From the NCBI GenBank assembly GCA_964577515.1, contig CAZNZN010000001.1, positions 876-64,875 on the forward strand: 64,000 bases of DNA. Reading direction: 5' to 3'. The DNA is from an uncultured Candidatus Saccharibacteria bacterium (lineage in GTDB: Bacteria; Patescibacteriota; Minisyncoccia; Phycocordibacterales; UBA9973). Under the pieces are notes generated by a model, which saw only the letters and a program-made list of their open reading frames with translations, was not told where the DNA came from and ran no database searches. A program made the translations under genes and the position numbers. This document shows, in pieces, positions 45,449 to 54,609 of this stretch (position 1 is the stretch's first letter; each line of letters opens with the position of its first letter).

Positions 45449-46489
45449 ATGAAAAAACACAATGTGCAAACAACAGTAAAAACCTTGGAAAACGCAATGG
45501 TTGAAATACAAGGAACACTTTCTTGGGAAGATTTTAGTACATATGAAAAGAAAGCCTTTGAGCGACTTGCTGCCCACTTAGAAGTAGACGGTTTTCGTAA
45601 AGGAAATGTTCCCGAAGCAGTAGCAAAAAGCAAAATTGGCGACGAGCTCATTCTGGCAGACATGGCTGAGCTTGCGATTGCAGAGCTCTATCCTACAATT
45701 CTTGAAACTGAAAAAATTGATGCTATTGGACACCCGGCGCTTGCCATAACAAAACTTGCACGAAACAATGAACTCAGATTCACTCTCACGACAGCAGTGC
45801 TCCCAAAAATAACACTTCCAGAATATAAAAAAGTAGCAAAAGGGATCGCCGCAAAAGCGCCTGCAACAGCAACCGAAGAGGAAATCGATAAGGTTGTTGA
45901 GGATCTCCGACAAATTCGTGCGTATGGACATGTACATGATCACGCAGATCATGACCATGGGCACACCGAGCAGCTTCCTGAAGTGAACGACGAATTTGCA
46001 AAATCTTTTGGTAACTTTGCAACAGTAGCAGAACTCCGAGCAAAAATTAAAGAAAATATCCTTAAAGAAAAAGAACAAGGGGAAAAAGACAAACGACGCA
46101 TTGCTATTATGGACGCAATCATCGCCGAGACGACTTTCCCTGTACCAGCAGTTGTTATTGCTTCAGAACAAGAAAAGATGATCGGACAAATGGAGCAAGA
46201 AGTAACACGGAGTGGTATGAAGTTTGAAGAATACCTCACCCATATCAAAAAAACTCGTGAAGAGCTGGTAAAAGAGTTCGCGCCAGAAGCAGAACGACGT
46301 GCACGCTTTCAAATGCTCATCAATGCAATCGCCAAAGATGCTGGTATAGCACCAACAGAAGAAGAGGTGAAGAAAGAAGCTGAATCGCTGATGGCCACAT
46401 ACCCAGGGGCAGATCTTGCTCGAACTACAGCATACGCTGACATGGTACTGACAAACGACAAGGTCCTCTCAATGCTCGAAGAACAATAA
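45449..46489 (+). CDS. tig: trigger factor lacking the PPIase (FKBP) domain
   Basis: N-domain signature GFRKGNVP and the C-domain arms are present. The PPIase segment is replaced by a His-rich loop HVHDHADHDHGH. Adjacent to clpP. Confidence 0.75.
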   Translation: MKKHNVQTTVKTLENAMVEIQGTLSWEDFSTYEKKAFERLAAHLEVDGFRKGNVPEAVAKSKIGDELILADMAELAIAELYPTILETEKIDAIGHPALAITKLARNNELRFTLTTAVLPKITLPEYKKVAKGIAAKAPATATEEEIDKVVEDLRQIRAYGHVHDHADHDHGHTEQLPEVNDEFAKSFGNFATVAELRAKIKENILKEKEQGEKDKRRIAIMDAIIAETTFPVPAVVIASEQEKMIGQMEQEVTRSGMKFEEYLTHIKKTREELVKEFAPEAERRARFQMLINAIAKDAGIAPTEEEVKKEAESLMATYPGADLARTTAYADMVLTNDKVLSMLEEQ

Positions 46490-46520
46490 AAAAACCCCTC
46501 CAAACGGAGGGGTTTTGTTT
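46488..46520. terminator. bidirectional intrinsic terminator (tig / LpxC-like)
   Basis: A7-CCCCTCC-AAAC-GGAGGGG-TTTTGTTTT. Confidence 0.6.
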
Positions 46521-47329
46521 TAGGAAAAAACATTGTTAATAGCAGAGAGTGTTTCACGATGCCCCGCCATATAAGAAGTTGCAGCACCTATGGGAAGAGC
46601 AGTGTGACTAACAAGGGACAGTTCACCAAGAAAATCTTGCATCCGGTGATACCCCCAGTGGATAGCCGCAACCTCCTTTGATGGAAAATCACTTTTCCAT
46701 GAGACAGTGCGCATGTGCCCCCAAATACCAAGAGTGCTCAGAACTTTTGCTGGAACCTTTCTTTTTGAAAGCCCTTGTGGTTTTGCTGAGAGCACCTCTA
46801 AAATCTTAGCAGTTTCATAAAGTTTGGAGAAAAGAATGCTCTGCTTGTTTTCAGGAAGGTCTTCCCACTGAGAAACAACTTCCAACCGCAAATCCGGGAG
46901 TGGTTGCGGTGCGAGCACCACATAAGAACCCAGCTTGTTTGCACTTGCATACTCTCCTTTTTGAGGAAAACGCACAACAGGAAGTATGGCTTCTGTTCCA
47001 TACAGATAAGGAGAGAGCTCAGTGAAATACTCAAGCGCTGTATAGTAGGGCGGCCAAGTATCAGCGCTAATCAGAACACAATCAATACCAAGGAATCGAA
47101 GTATTCCGATATGCTCCCAGACATTAAGGACGTGCCCTTTATAAAAAAGTTGTACTCTTCCTTTTTTATATCGTGCGATACGCCAATCTATTGGAATGAT
47201 TTCATCACCAACCTTCCACCACCATCCAAGTTTACTGTATGGAGCAAAAGTGATAGCACTTCTTTTGTTTAAGAAGTTTTTTCCTGTTATTGTTACAGAA
47301 CGAGACAATAGTTTTTGTTTAATATCCAT
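46520..47329 (-). CDS. LpxC-family (UDP-3-O-acyl-GlcNAc deacetylase-like) protein
   Basis: VWEHIGILRFLGID resembles LpxC TVEHL..AL.GLGID. HRMQDFLGEL resembles HKMLDAIGDL. A GH motif lies near the C-terminus. Start trimmed to MDIKQKLL. Confidence 0.55.
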   Translation of the reverse strand: MDIKQKLLSRSVTITGKNFLNKRSAITFAPYSKLGWWWKVGDEIIPIDWRIARYKKGRVQLFYKGHVLNVWEHIGILRFLGIDCVLISADTWPPYYTALEYFTELSPYLYGTEAILPVVRFPQKGEYASANKLGSYVVLAPQPLPDLRLEVVSQWEDLPENKQSILFSKLYETAKILEVLSAKPQGLSKRKVPAKVLSTLGIWGHMRTVSWKSDFPSKEVAAIHWGYHRMQDFLGELSLVSHTALPIGAATSYMAGHRETLSAINNVFS

Positions 47330-47612
47330 TTTGTCTTTTTTTCTAGAGACTACTAGAAAACAAGAAAAAGTCAAAAGAAAAAGCCCCTAAAGGCTTTTAT
47401 TTTTGTAGCAAACCCAGAAACGTCATCTGGATTTCAATGAGTTCTATATATGAATACATGGCAAGGTTTTTGTTTATTTAATTCTACAATAGAAATACAT
47501 ATAGTCAATGTATTCCCCTTTTACTACCAAAACGGTATAGTACCTCTATACTGCAATGCTGCTACGACCGTCTGCCGATAGTATTATTCATTTTGATTTT
47601 TTGAACACACAT

Positions 47613-48203
47613 ATGTTGATTCCAACCGTTATTGAAAAGACAGGGATGGGAGAGCGTGCATACGATATCTACTCTCGCCTCCTTAAAGAAAGAATTGTTT
47701 TTATAAACGATGAAATAAACGATCACACCGCAAACCTTGTTATCGCCCAATTACTCTTTCTCGCAAACGAAGATCCTAAAAAAGATATTCATCTGTATAT
47801 CAACTCACCAGGAGGATCAATCACCGCAGGACTTGCTATTTATGACACCATGCAATTTATCAAACCCGATGTGAGCACATACTGTCTGGGACTCGCAGCA
47901 TCAATGGGGGCGCTGTTACTTCTTGCTGGAAAAAAAGGGAAACGCTACGCACTTCCTCACGCTCGCGTCATGATTCATCAACCATGGGGCGGTGTCCAAG
48001 GGCAGTCAGTAGATATTCAGATCCAAGCAAAGGAATACGAGAAAATGCGAAAAACAACTGACGGCCTTATTGCAAAACATACTGGGCAAAAACTCGACAA
48101 AGTAGAAAAAGATACCGATCGAGATTTTTGGATGTCAGCTGAAGAAGCAAAGAAATATGGCATCGTCGATGCGGTGATTACAAAAACTCCTAACGAAAAA
48201 TAA
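47613..48203 (+). CDS. clpP: ATP-dependent Clp protease proteolytic subunit
   Basis: Ser-His-Asp catalytic context ([16 protein letters not shown]). Start trimmed to MLIPTVIE. Confidence 0.9.
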   Translation: MLIPTVIEKTGMGERAYDIYSRLLKERIVFINDEINDHTANLVIAQLLFLANEDPKKDIHLYINSPGGSITAGLAIYDTMQFIKPDVSTYCLGLAASMGALLLLAGKKGKRYALPHARVMIHQPWGGVQGQSVDIQIQAKEYEKMRKTTDGLIAKHTGQKLDKVEKDTDRDFWMSAEEAKKYGIVDAVITKTPNEK

Positions 48204-48208
48204 TCTCC

Positions 48209-49729
48209 ATGGACAACTTCATCCTCGCAATCGCCATGCTCCTTGCAGGTGGAGCGCTTGGGTACAGTATTAGAGCAGTTATTTTTGTTCTCAGAAAAAA
48301 CTCTGTCGAGTTCTCTGTTTCACAGCGACTAATGCACGCTCGTGAGCAAGCACAAAAAATCGTTGACGAAGCTCAAGAAAAAGTCACCGCGTTGTGGGAC
48401 GAAATAAGAGATACTGAAAAACAAAAAGAGGGTGACTATAAGCAAACCGAGGATCGTCTTATAAAGAAAGAATCTCTTCTTGATATTCGAGCACAAGAGC
48501 TGGATGAGCGCTCTCGACAACTAGAACAACGCTCCCTCCAAGTAGAAACACTTACCCGACAGGCTGAAACACTCCTTGAAACACGAGAAAGTGAACTCGA
48601 ACGCCTTGCGGGATTCTCACAAGAAGACGCACGGAACGCACTTGTTATTGATACACAAAAAAAATATGAGGAAGATCTTCTTGTGCAGAGCATGAAACTC
48701 GATACCGTATTACGAGAAACCCTTGAAGAGAGGGCAAAAAACATTCTTCTTACGACAATTCAACGACTTGCCGTGCCAACAACCAACGAACTCACCACTG
48801 CAACTGTCACACTCCCTAGTGATGACCTCAAAGGGAAAATCATCGGAAAAGAAGGAAGGAACATACGAGTATTCGAACGTATCGCAGGGGTAGAGCTGTT
48901 AGTAGATGAAGCCCCAGGATGTATTATTGTTTCTTGTTTTGATCCAGTACGACGAGCTATTGCAGCAGATGCTCTGGAGGTACTCGTAAAAGACGGCAGG
49001 ATCCAACCCGCAAAAATCGAGGAGGAGCTTGAAAAAGCAAAAGAGCGAATTCACCAAACCATCAAAGATAAAGGTGCCCAAGCTGTCTATGAGTGCGGGA
49101 TTTACACGCTTGATCCGCGAGTTGTAGCAATACTCGGGAGACTGCACTACCGCACAAGCTATGGACAGAACGTATTGCAACACTCTATTGAAATGGCGCA
49201 CATTGCAGGAATGCTCGCAGCCGAGCTTGGTGCGGATGTTGCTATAGCAAAAGCTGGAGCACTTGTGCACGACATAGGAAAAGCACTTGACCACGAGTTT
49301 GAAGGAACACATGTAGAGATTGGAATAAAAATGCTTCGACGTTTTGGCACCGATGAAAAAATTATTAGCGCAATGAAGAGTCACCACGACGACTGTCCTC
49401 ACGAATCAGTAGAAGCAGTACTCGTACAGACCGCAGATATGATATCTGGAAGTCGACCTGGTGCACGCCGAGACACTGCCGAGATGTACCTCAAACGACT
49501 CACCGACCTCGAAGGCCTTGCCACACGGTTTGGTGGAGTAGAAAAAGCATACGCACTACAAGCAGGAAGAGAGATTCGCATTTTTGTTCATCCAGAAGCT
49601 ATCTCCGATATGGAGGCGCGAACACTTGCTCGATCAATAGCACAAAATATTGAAGAAGAGCTACGCTATCCAGGACAAATAAAGGTGACCATTATTCGGG
49701 AAACTCGTATCACTGACTATGCACGATAA
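48209..49729 (+). CDS. rny: ribonuclease Y
   Basis: N-terminal TM, coiled coil, KH (GKIIGKEGRNIRVFE) and HD (HSIEMAHIAG...HD) domains. Confidence 0.9.
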   Translation: MDNFILAIAMLLAGGALGYSIRAVIFVLRKNSVEFSVSQRLMHAREQAQKIVDEAQEKVTALWDEIRDTEKQKEGDYKQTEDRLIKKESLLDIRAQELDERSRQLEQRSLQVETLTRQAETLLETRESELERLAGFSQEDARNALVIDTQKKYEEDLLVQSMKLDTVLRETLEERAKNILLTTIQRLAVPTTNELTTATVTLPSDDLKGKIIGKEGRNIRVFERIAGVELLVDEAPGCIIVSCFDPVRRAIAADALEVLVKDGRIQPAKIEEELEKAKERIHQTIKDKGAQAVYECGIYTLDPRVVAILGRLHYRTSYGQNVLQHSIEMAHIAGMLAAELGADVAIAKAGALVHDIGKALDHEFEGTHVEIGIKMLRRFGTDEKIISAMKSHHDDCPHESVEAVLVQTADMISGSRPGARRDTAEMYLKRLTDLEGLATRFGGVEKAYALQAGREIRIFVHPEAISDMEARTLARSIAQNIEEELRYPGQIKVTIIRETRITDYAR

Positions 49730-49766
49730 AAAAAATACTCGGACCATGTCCGAGTATTTTTTTTAC
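49727..49766 (+). terminator. intrinsic terminator after rny
   Basis: A8-ATACTCGGAC-CAT-GTCCGAGTAT-T8 (10-bp stem). Confidence 0.65.
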
Positions 49767-49781
49767 TGTATACTTGTAAAT

Positions 49782-52472
49782 ATGTTTACTCCTCGCGAAA
49801 CTTTTTCTACAACACAACAAGAGCTATCACACCTTGGCCAAGAATCGCAGCGCGCATATATATTACAGAAAGAACATGTTCGATCGCTCGAATCAGCAAC
49901 GACACATACCGTTGAAACATACGCTCGAGCACAAGCAGCTGATTTTCTCCATGAGAGCGCAATACTTCCCGCCCATGAGGCAGAGCGCATTATTCTTCGA
50001 CTTAAACCAGAGTCTCATGACAAAAAAATAGAAGAGCTTTTTGGTGTCATGGTAGAAAAAGGAGTTAAAAACGCTCTTGATATTGTACAAAAAATGAAAG
50101 ACCCTCATTTACGAGATGATTTTCATCGATTCCTTGTGCAGTACCTCCATAGTATCGGAGCAATCCCAGGACTTAAAGAAAAAGATGGTCTCTATAGTGA
50201 GCTTTCTCACACGCTCTTTTCTATCGCTCTCCCCCAAGAAGAAAATGAGGACTTCAAAAAGAAAACAGCTGCAATGGAACAGTTTTGTACAAGTCTTGTT
50301 TCACTTGTTGGTATTGGTAACAGCGTTGCAATAGAACTCGCAGTTGAACACAGTAGGAAAGATATTGTTGTCTATATTGCCGTACCCAAAAATACTATTG
50401 ACGGCTTTGAGAAGCTTGTACATTCTTTTTTTCCTGGAGCAGCAGTGGAGGAAGCAGTAGATGATTACAACATTTTTGGAACTGAGACGCCAGCAATTTC
50501 TGGAAGTACAGCAACACTACGAGATGCAGCATGGAAACCATTGCAAACATACGAGGATTTCCAAAACGATCCTTTTGGTGCAATCCTAGGAGCCCTTTCT
50601 CGTATAGCAGAAACAGGAGAAGGCTGCGCTATACAGTGTGTTATTGCAGAACCGTTTGAGCGTATTACCGAACGAAACAACGCTATTATCAGCGATACAC
50701 AAAAAGGAGGAGTCACTGTCAAAGATCTTTATAAGAATGCAACTGAAGGAGTAGTTACTGGTCTTGCAAAGGAAGCATGGTCACTATTTTCTTCAAAAAA
50801 ACACGAAGAAAACACCACTGTTGATACTGAAGGGTTGGAACTTCTCAAAAAGAAAAATAGTGCCCGTATCGTAGAAGCAACACTGCGCATTATTGCGAGT
50901 GCTCAAAACAGTACACGCGCTGAACAACTACGTACATCCGTAGAGGCGACCTTTGGTCAATTTACACACCCACAAGGAAATATGCTCACCTGGGTTCCAG
51001 CAAAAGGTGATGCCCTACTATCACTCGCAGAAGATTTCTCATTCCGTCGCAGCGGGAGAAATCCGCTTGAACTCTCTCTCAAAGAAACCGCTTCTCTTTT
51101 TCACTTCCCTACAGGAACCAAGAGCCCCCACGAGCTTATAGGAAACGACGGTGTAAGCGCGCCTGCACCACAAAACGCAACTCAAAGAGGAGAAGGAGTG
51201 TACCTTGGAACCAATACCTTCAGAGGACAAACGAGTGATATATTCCTCGCAAAAGAAGACCGTGTTCGTCACTGTTATGTGATAGGGCAAACAGGGACAG
51301 GAAAAACGACCATACTAAAAAACATGGTGATCCAAGACATCAAAAACGGTAACGGCGTCTGCTTCATTGATCCACATGGAAGCGATCTAGAAGATATTTT
51401 GGCAAATATTCCTGCTGAACGTATCGACGATGTTATCTACTTTGACCCAGCGCATACCGCTCGACCTATGGGGCTCAACATGCTTGAGTATGATATACAG
51501 TTTCCTGAACAAAAAATCTTTGTTATCAACGAACTTCTTGCTATTTTCAACAAACTCTTTGATATGAAAGTTGCCGGAGGGCCTGCCTTTGAACAATACT
51601 TCAGAAACTCTGCAGGGTTGGTCATGGAGGATCCCGAAAGTGGATCTACACTACTTGAAATTGGACGAGTACTTTCTGACAAAGCATTCCGACAGATGAA
51701 ACTCGAACGATGCAAAAACCCTATCATCAAACAGTTTTGGGAAAATGCAGAAAAAACTACAGGTGAAGCCTCTCTTGCAAACTTTGTTCCCTACATCACC
51801 AACAAGTTTGATGTATTCATCTCTAACGACATCATGCGTCCAGTGATTGCGCAACAAAAAAGTGTTCTTAATTTCCGCGAAATAATGGACAAGAAAAAAA
51901 TACTTTTGGTAAACCTTTCAAAAGGACGCCTCGGAGATATAAACTCTCACCTTATCGGTCTTGTTCTTGTAGGAAAGCTCACCATGGCAGCACTCTCTCG
52001 TGTGGATATGGTTGGCAAAGGACCGATCAACGATTTCTACCTCTATATTGATGAGTTCCAAAATGTTACTACTGACTCTATTGCAACCATTCTCTCAGAA
52101 GCTCGAAAATATCGACTTTCACTTACCGTTGCACACCAATACATTGAACAGCTTGAAGAAAATATAAAAAACGCAGTATTTGGTAACGTCGGAAGTATGA
52201 TCATTTACCGTGTTAGCCCTGAAAATGCTGCAGTATTCGAACGCCAACTTGCGCCAACCTTTACTCCTGATGATATTCTCAAGTTACAAAACTTCAACGC
52301 TATCGCGAAAATGTTGGTACAAGGAATCCCAGAAAAACCTTTCACGCTTCGCATTCCTCCACCACCAAAAGGAAACGCTACGATTGCTGAAAAGGTAAAA
52401 GAGTTGTCGTATCTCAAATATGGACGCCCTCGTGAGGAGGTTGAGAACGAAATAATGGCACGGTATCGCTAA
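49782..52472 (+). CDS. TraG/TraD/VirD4-like type IV coupling-protein-family P-loop ATPase with a ~450-aa N-terminal domain of unknown function
   Basis: Walker A GQTGTGKTT, Walker B LYIDEFQN. The TraG-D_C-like segment is RKYRLSLTVAHQYIEQLEE...VGSMIIYRVSPENA. No TM helices were seen. Confidence 0.6.
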   Translation: MFTPRETFSTTQQELSHLGQESQRAYILQKEHVRSLESATTHTVETYARAQAADFLHESAILPAHEAERIILRLKPESHDKKIEELFGVMVEKGVKNALDIVQKMKDPHLRDDFHRFLVQYLHSIGAIPGLKEKDGLYSELSHTLFSIALPQEENEDFKKKTAAMEQFCTSLVSLVGIGNSVAIELAVEHSRKDIVVYIAVPKNTIDGFEKLVHSFFPGAAVEEAVDDYNIFGTETPAISGSTATLRDAAWKPLQTYEDFQNDPFGAILGALSRIAETGEGCAIQCVIAEPFERITERNNAIISDTQKGGVTVKDLYKNATEGVVTGLAKEAWSLFSSKKHEENTTVDTEGLELLKKKNSARIVEATLRIIASAQNSTRAEQLRTSVEATFGQFTHPQGNMLTWVPAKGDALLSLAEDFSFRRSGRNPLELSLKETASLFHFPTGTKSPHELIGNDGVSAPAPQNATQRGEGVYLGTNTFRGQTSDIFLAKEDRVRHCYVIGQTGTGKTTILKNMVIQDIKNGNGVCFIDPHGSDLEDILANIPAERIDDVIYFDPAHTARPMGLNMLEYDIQFPEQKIFVINELLAIFNKLFDMKVAGGPAFEQYFRNSAGLVMEDPESGSTLLEIGRVLSDKAFRQMKLERCKNPIIKQFWENAEKTTGEASLANFVPYITNKFDVFISNDIMRPVIAQQKSVLNFREIMDKKKILLVNLSKGRLGDINSHLIGLVLVGKLTMAALSRVDMVGKGPINDFYLYIDEFQNVTTDSIATILSEARKYRLSLTVAHQYIEQLEENIKNAVFGNVGSMIIYRVSPENAAVFERQLAPTFTPDDILKLQNFNAIAKMLVQGIPEKPFTLRIPPPPKGNATIAEKVKELSYLKYGRPREEVENEIMARYR

Positions 52473-52516
52473 GCACCGCCACCCCTCTTTACTAGAGGGG
52501 TTTTGTGTTATTATAG

Positions 52517-53428
52517 GTGCATATGAGTGAAAAAATCCCCCCAGAAATAGAGATCCAAGGCCAAGAAGAACACGCACCAGCACACACTGAAGAGGGTGCA
52601 CTAGAAGTACCTGTTATTAAAACAGAAGCAGTAGAAGAAACAAATGCCAAAGTACAAGAAGTAAGCGCTGCTATTCATGAAGAGCTAGCAACAGCTACAA
52701 AAGAAGTAGAAAAGACCCCTGAGGTACCAGGTACTAGTTTTACCGTTATGAGTGATAAACAAACCGCAAGCGAGGGCTTCCTTAAGAGAGCAGCCGCAAA
52801 AGGAAGAAAAATGCTCATGCTCCTTGGTATGACAGGTGTTATGGCATCTTCTGCGCACGCAGGGAGCAACTCAACACTAGAACATGATGGTGGTAGTACG
52901 CCAGAAAAAACGGCGGCAGCACCAAGCGAAGGAGAGAAGCCATACGAACAAGTCTTTTCTCAAGAAAAAGTAGGGCACATCACCCTTGAAGGGCGTATGC
53001 TTATACCTCAGTCAGATACTACAAGAGAATTCTATTCAGTATACTTCTCTCATGATGGAAAATCAGAAAATACCTTAGGAGAATTTTTGACCCTCATGAA
53101 AAAAAAGGGATATATTCCAGCTAATGGTAAAATGCTTGAAAAAATCTATAACCAAAACAAGGATGACCCACTGTTTAACAAAAAAGCGAAATGGTTGCTT
53201 GCCCCAATACCAGCAGGAGACATTGACGATACTCGACCTAATGAAGAAAAAGTCATTAATCATGAAGACGGGTCAATTGAATATATTTTTCCAACAAACG
53301 CAGTTTACCCTACTAAAAACCCTGTGGGGCTTGGGCGCTACGAGATCAGCCAAGGAATTCCAAACGATAGCTACGGATTCCTTTTCTACAAAGTAAAAAC
53401 CACTGCACACTACCAAGAAGGACTCTAA
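52517..53428 (+). CDS. hypothetical protein with an acidic N-terminal region
   Basis: 303-aa ORF directly downstream of the ATPase. No known motif. Confidence 0.4.
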   Translation: MHMSEKIPPEIEIQGQEEHAPAHTEEGALEVPVIKTEAVEETNAKVQEVSAAIHEELATATKEVEKTPEVPGTSFTVMSDKQTASEGFLKRAAAKGRKMLMLLGMTGVMASSAHAGSNSTLEHDGGSTPEKTAAAPSEGEKPYEQVFSQEKVGHITLEGRMLIPQSDTTREFYSVYFSHDGKSENTLGEFLTLMKKKGYIPANGKMLEKIYNQNKDDPLFNKKAKWLLAPIPAGDIDDTRPNEEKVINHEDGSIEYIFPTNAVYPTKNPVGLGRYEISQGIPNDSYGFLFYKVKTTAHYQEGL

Positions 53429-53431
53429 CAG

Positions 53432-53725
53432 TTAGCAGAAAAACGAAACCCTCCGACTGGAGGGTTTCTTGCGCAAAAAGCGCGGAAGAAATGATTGTCG
53501 CACCTCGCGACACATTTTTTTGTACTCTTCATCCCCCAACGCTTTTCGCATTAGGCGATTTTCGTGTCTTACAGTTATAACAATCAACATGATCGCCATA
53601 ACCAAAACAAAACAGATTATCCAAAGTACGAAAAATAAAACAATGTTGTTCATAAAAACGGATTTTTGATTTAAGTATATTATAACACATAATATGTTTT
53701 TTTGCAAATATTGGATACCTTGCAC
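53432..53725 (-). CDS. possible small membrane protein
   Basis: TM helix IVLFFVLWIICFVLVMAIMLIVI. The 3' end runs through the hairpin terminator at 53449-53470, so the call is doubtful. Confidence 0.25.
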   Translation of the reverse strand: MQGIQYLQKNILCVIIYLNQKSVFMNNIVLFFVLWIICFVLVMAIMLIVITVRHENRLMRKALGDEEYKKMCREVRQSFLPRFLRKKPSSRRVSFFC

Positions 53726-53747
53726 CGAAAAAGCCTTGGTATATAAT
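53720..53747 (+). promoter_or_regulatory. sigma70-like promoter upstream of hup
   Basis: TTGCAC-N16-TATAAT, about 85 nt upstream of the hup ATG. Confidence 0.4.
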
Positions 53748-53831
53748 GATAAAAGCGAAACGCCCTCGTTTTCGCATACACACTGACGAGATTATTAGCA
53801 CCTAGTCCTTTGGGATTTCCCAAATACAGCT

Positions 53832-54104
53832 ATGAATAAACAAGCACTTGTTGAACTCGTGCACAACAAACTCGGCGGTACGAAAGTGCAAGCCGAAGAA
53901 GTTGTAGAGAGTCTGATCGAAGCGATCACCAAGACCCTCAAGAAAGGCGAAGAAGTTTCTATCGCTGGTCTTGGTATCTTTTCAGTAAAGACCCGCGCTG
54001 CTCGAATGGCTCGCAATCCAAAAACTGGAGAGCAAGTAAAAGTTGCAGCAGCCCGCGTTCCTCGCTTCCGCGCAGCGAAAGCACTCAAGGACGCTGTCAA
54101 ATAG
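53832..54104 (+). CDS. hup: DNA-binding protein HU
   Basis: HU/IHF fold (GLGIFSVKTRAARMARNPKTGEQVKVAAARVPRF). Confidence 0.9.
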   Translation: MNKQALVELVHNKLGGTKVQAEEVVESLIEAITKTLKKGEEVSIAGLGIFSVKTRAARMARNPKTGEQVKVAAARVPRFRAAKALKDAVK

Positions 54105-54212
54105 TCATTTTCCGGTACCGGAGCATGATCTCGCAAAACAACCCCACGAAGGGGTTGTTTTGTTTGACAAATGAGTGTCATGGGGTAGTATAAGGAAAAA
54201 TATATTTCCAAT

Positions 54213-54566
54213 ATGAAAAAAGTTCTGTTGTTGTCTCCGCAGGGCACTGATGTTTCTGAAACAAGAAACGTTTTGCTGCAATCAGGTCTTCGACCTGAAA
54301 ACATTTTAGCAAAAAGTATCACTGAGATCCCTCCATCAGATTTTCCACGAATAGTGGCAAAGAATGATATTTCCAGGGTACTGATCTTTGGTATTGACCC
54401 AGGGACGATCAAGACCTTGATGCAAAAAGTACAAAAAACACTCCAGAATCAAATCTGCCCACAATTTTTTAAAAAAGCAGAAGGAGAAAAAGACCAAAAC
54501 CTCACCTTTAAAGGTGTCACCGGTTCTTGTAAAGTAATCAATTGTCCTACTGAAATATTTCGGTAG
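54213..54566 (+). CDS. hypothetical protein
   Basis: 117-aa ORF with no known motif. Confidence 0.4.
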   Translation: MKKVLLLSPQGTDVSETRNVLLQSGLRPENILAKSITEIPPSDFPRIVAKNDISRVLIFGIDPGTIKTLMQKVQKTLQNQICPQFFKKAEGEKDQNLTFKGVTGSCKVINCPTEIFR

Positions 54567-54567
54567 T

Positions 54568-54609
54568 AAAAAGAGCCTTACCGCTGTAGCAGTAAGGCTT
54601 TATTTTTAT
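54568..54609. terminator. bidirectional intrinsic terminator
   Basis: AGCCTTAC-(10 nt)-GTAAGGCT followed by TTTATTTTTA. Overlaps the desaturase stop codon. Confidence 0.55.

Noticed and set aside
53795-54412. 205-aa minus-strand ORF overlapping hup and the hup promoter
   Set aside because: It is entirely antisense to the well-supported HU gene and its upstream region and has no motif. It is most likely a spurious ORF.
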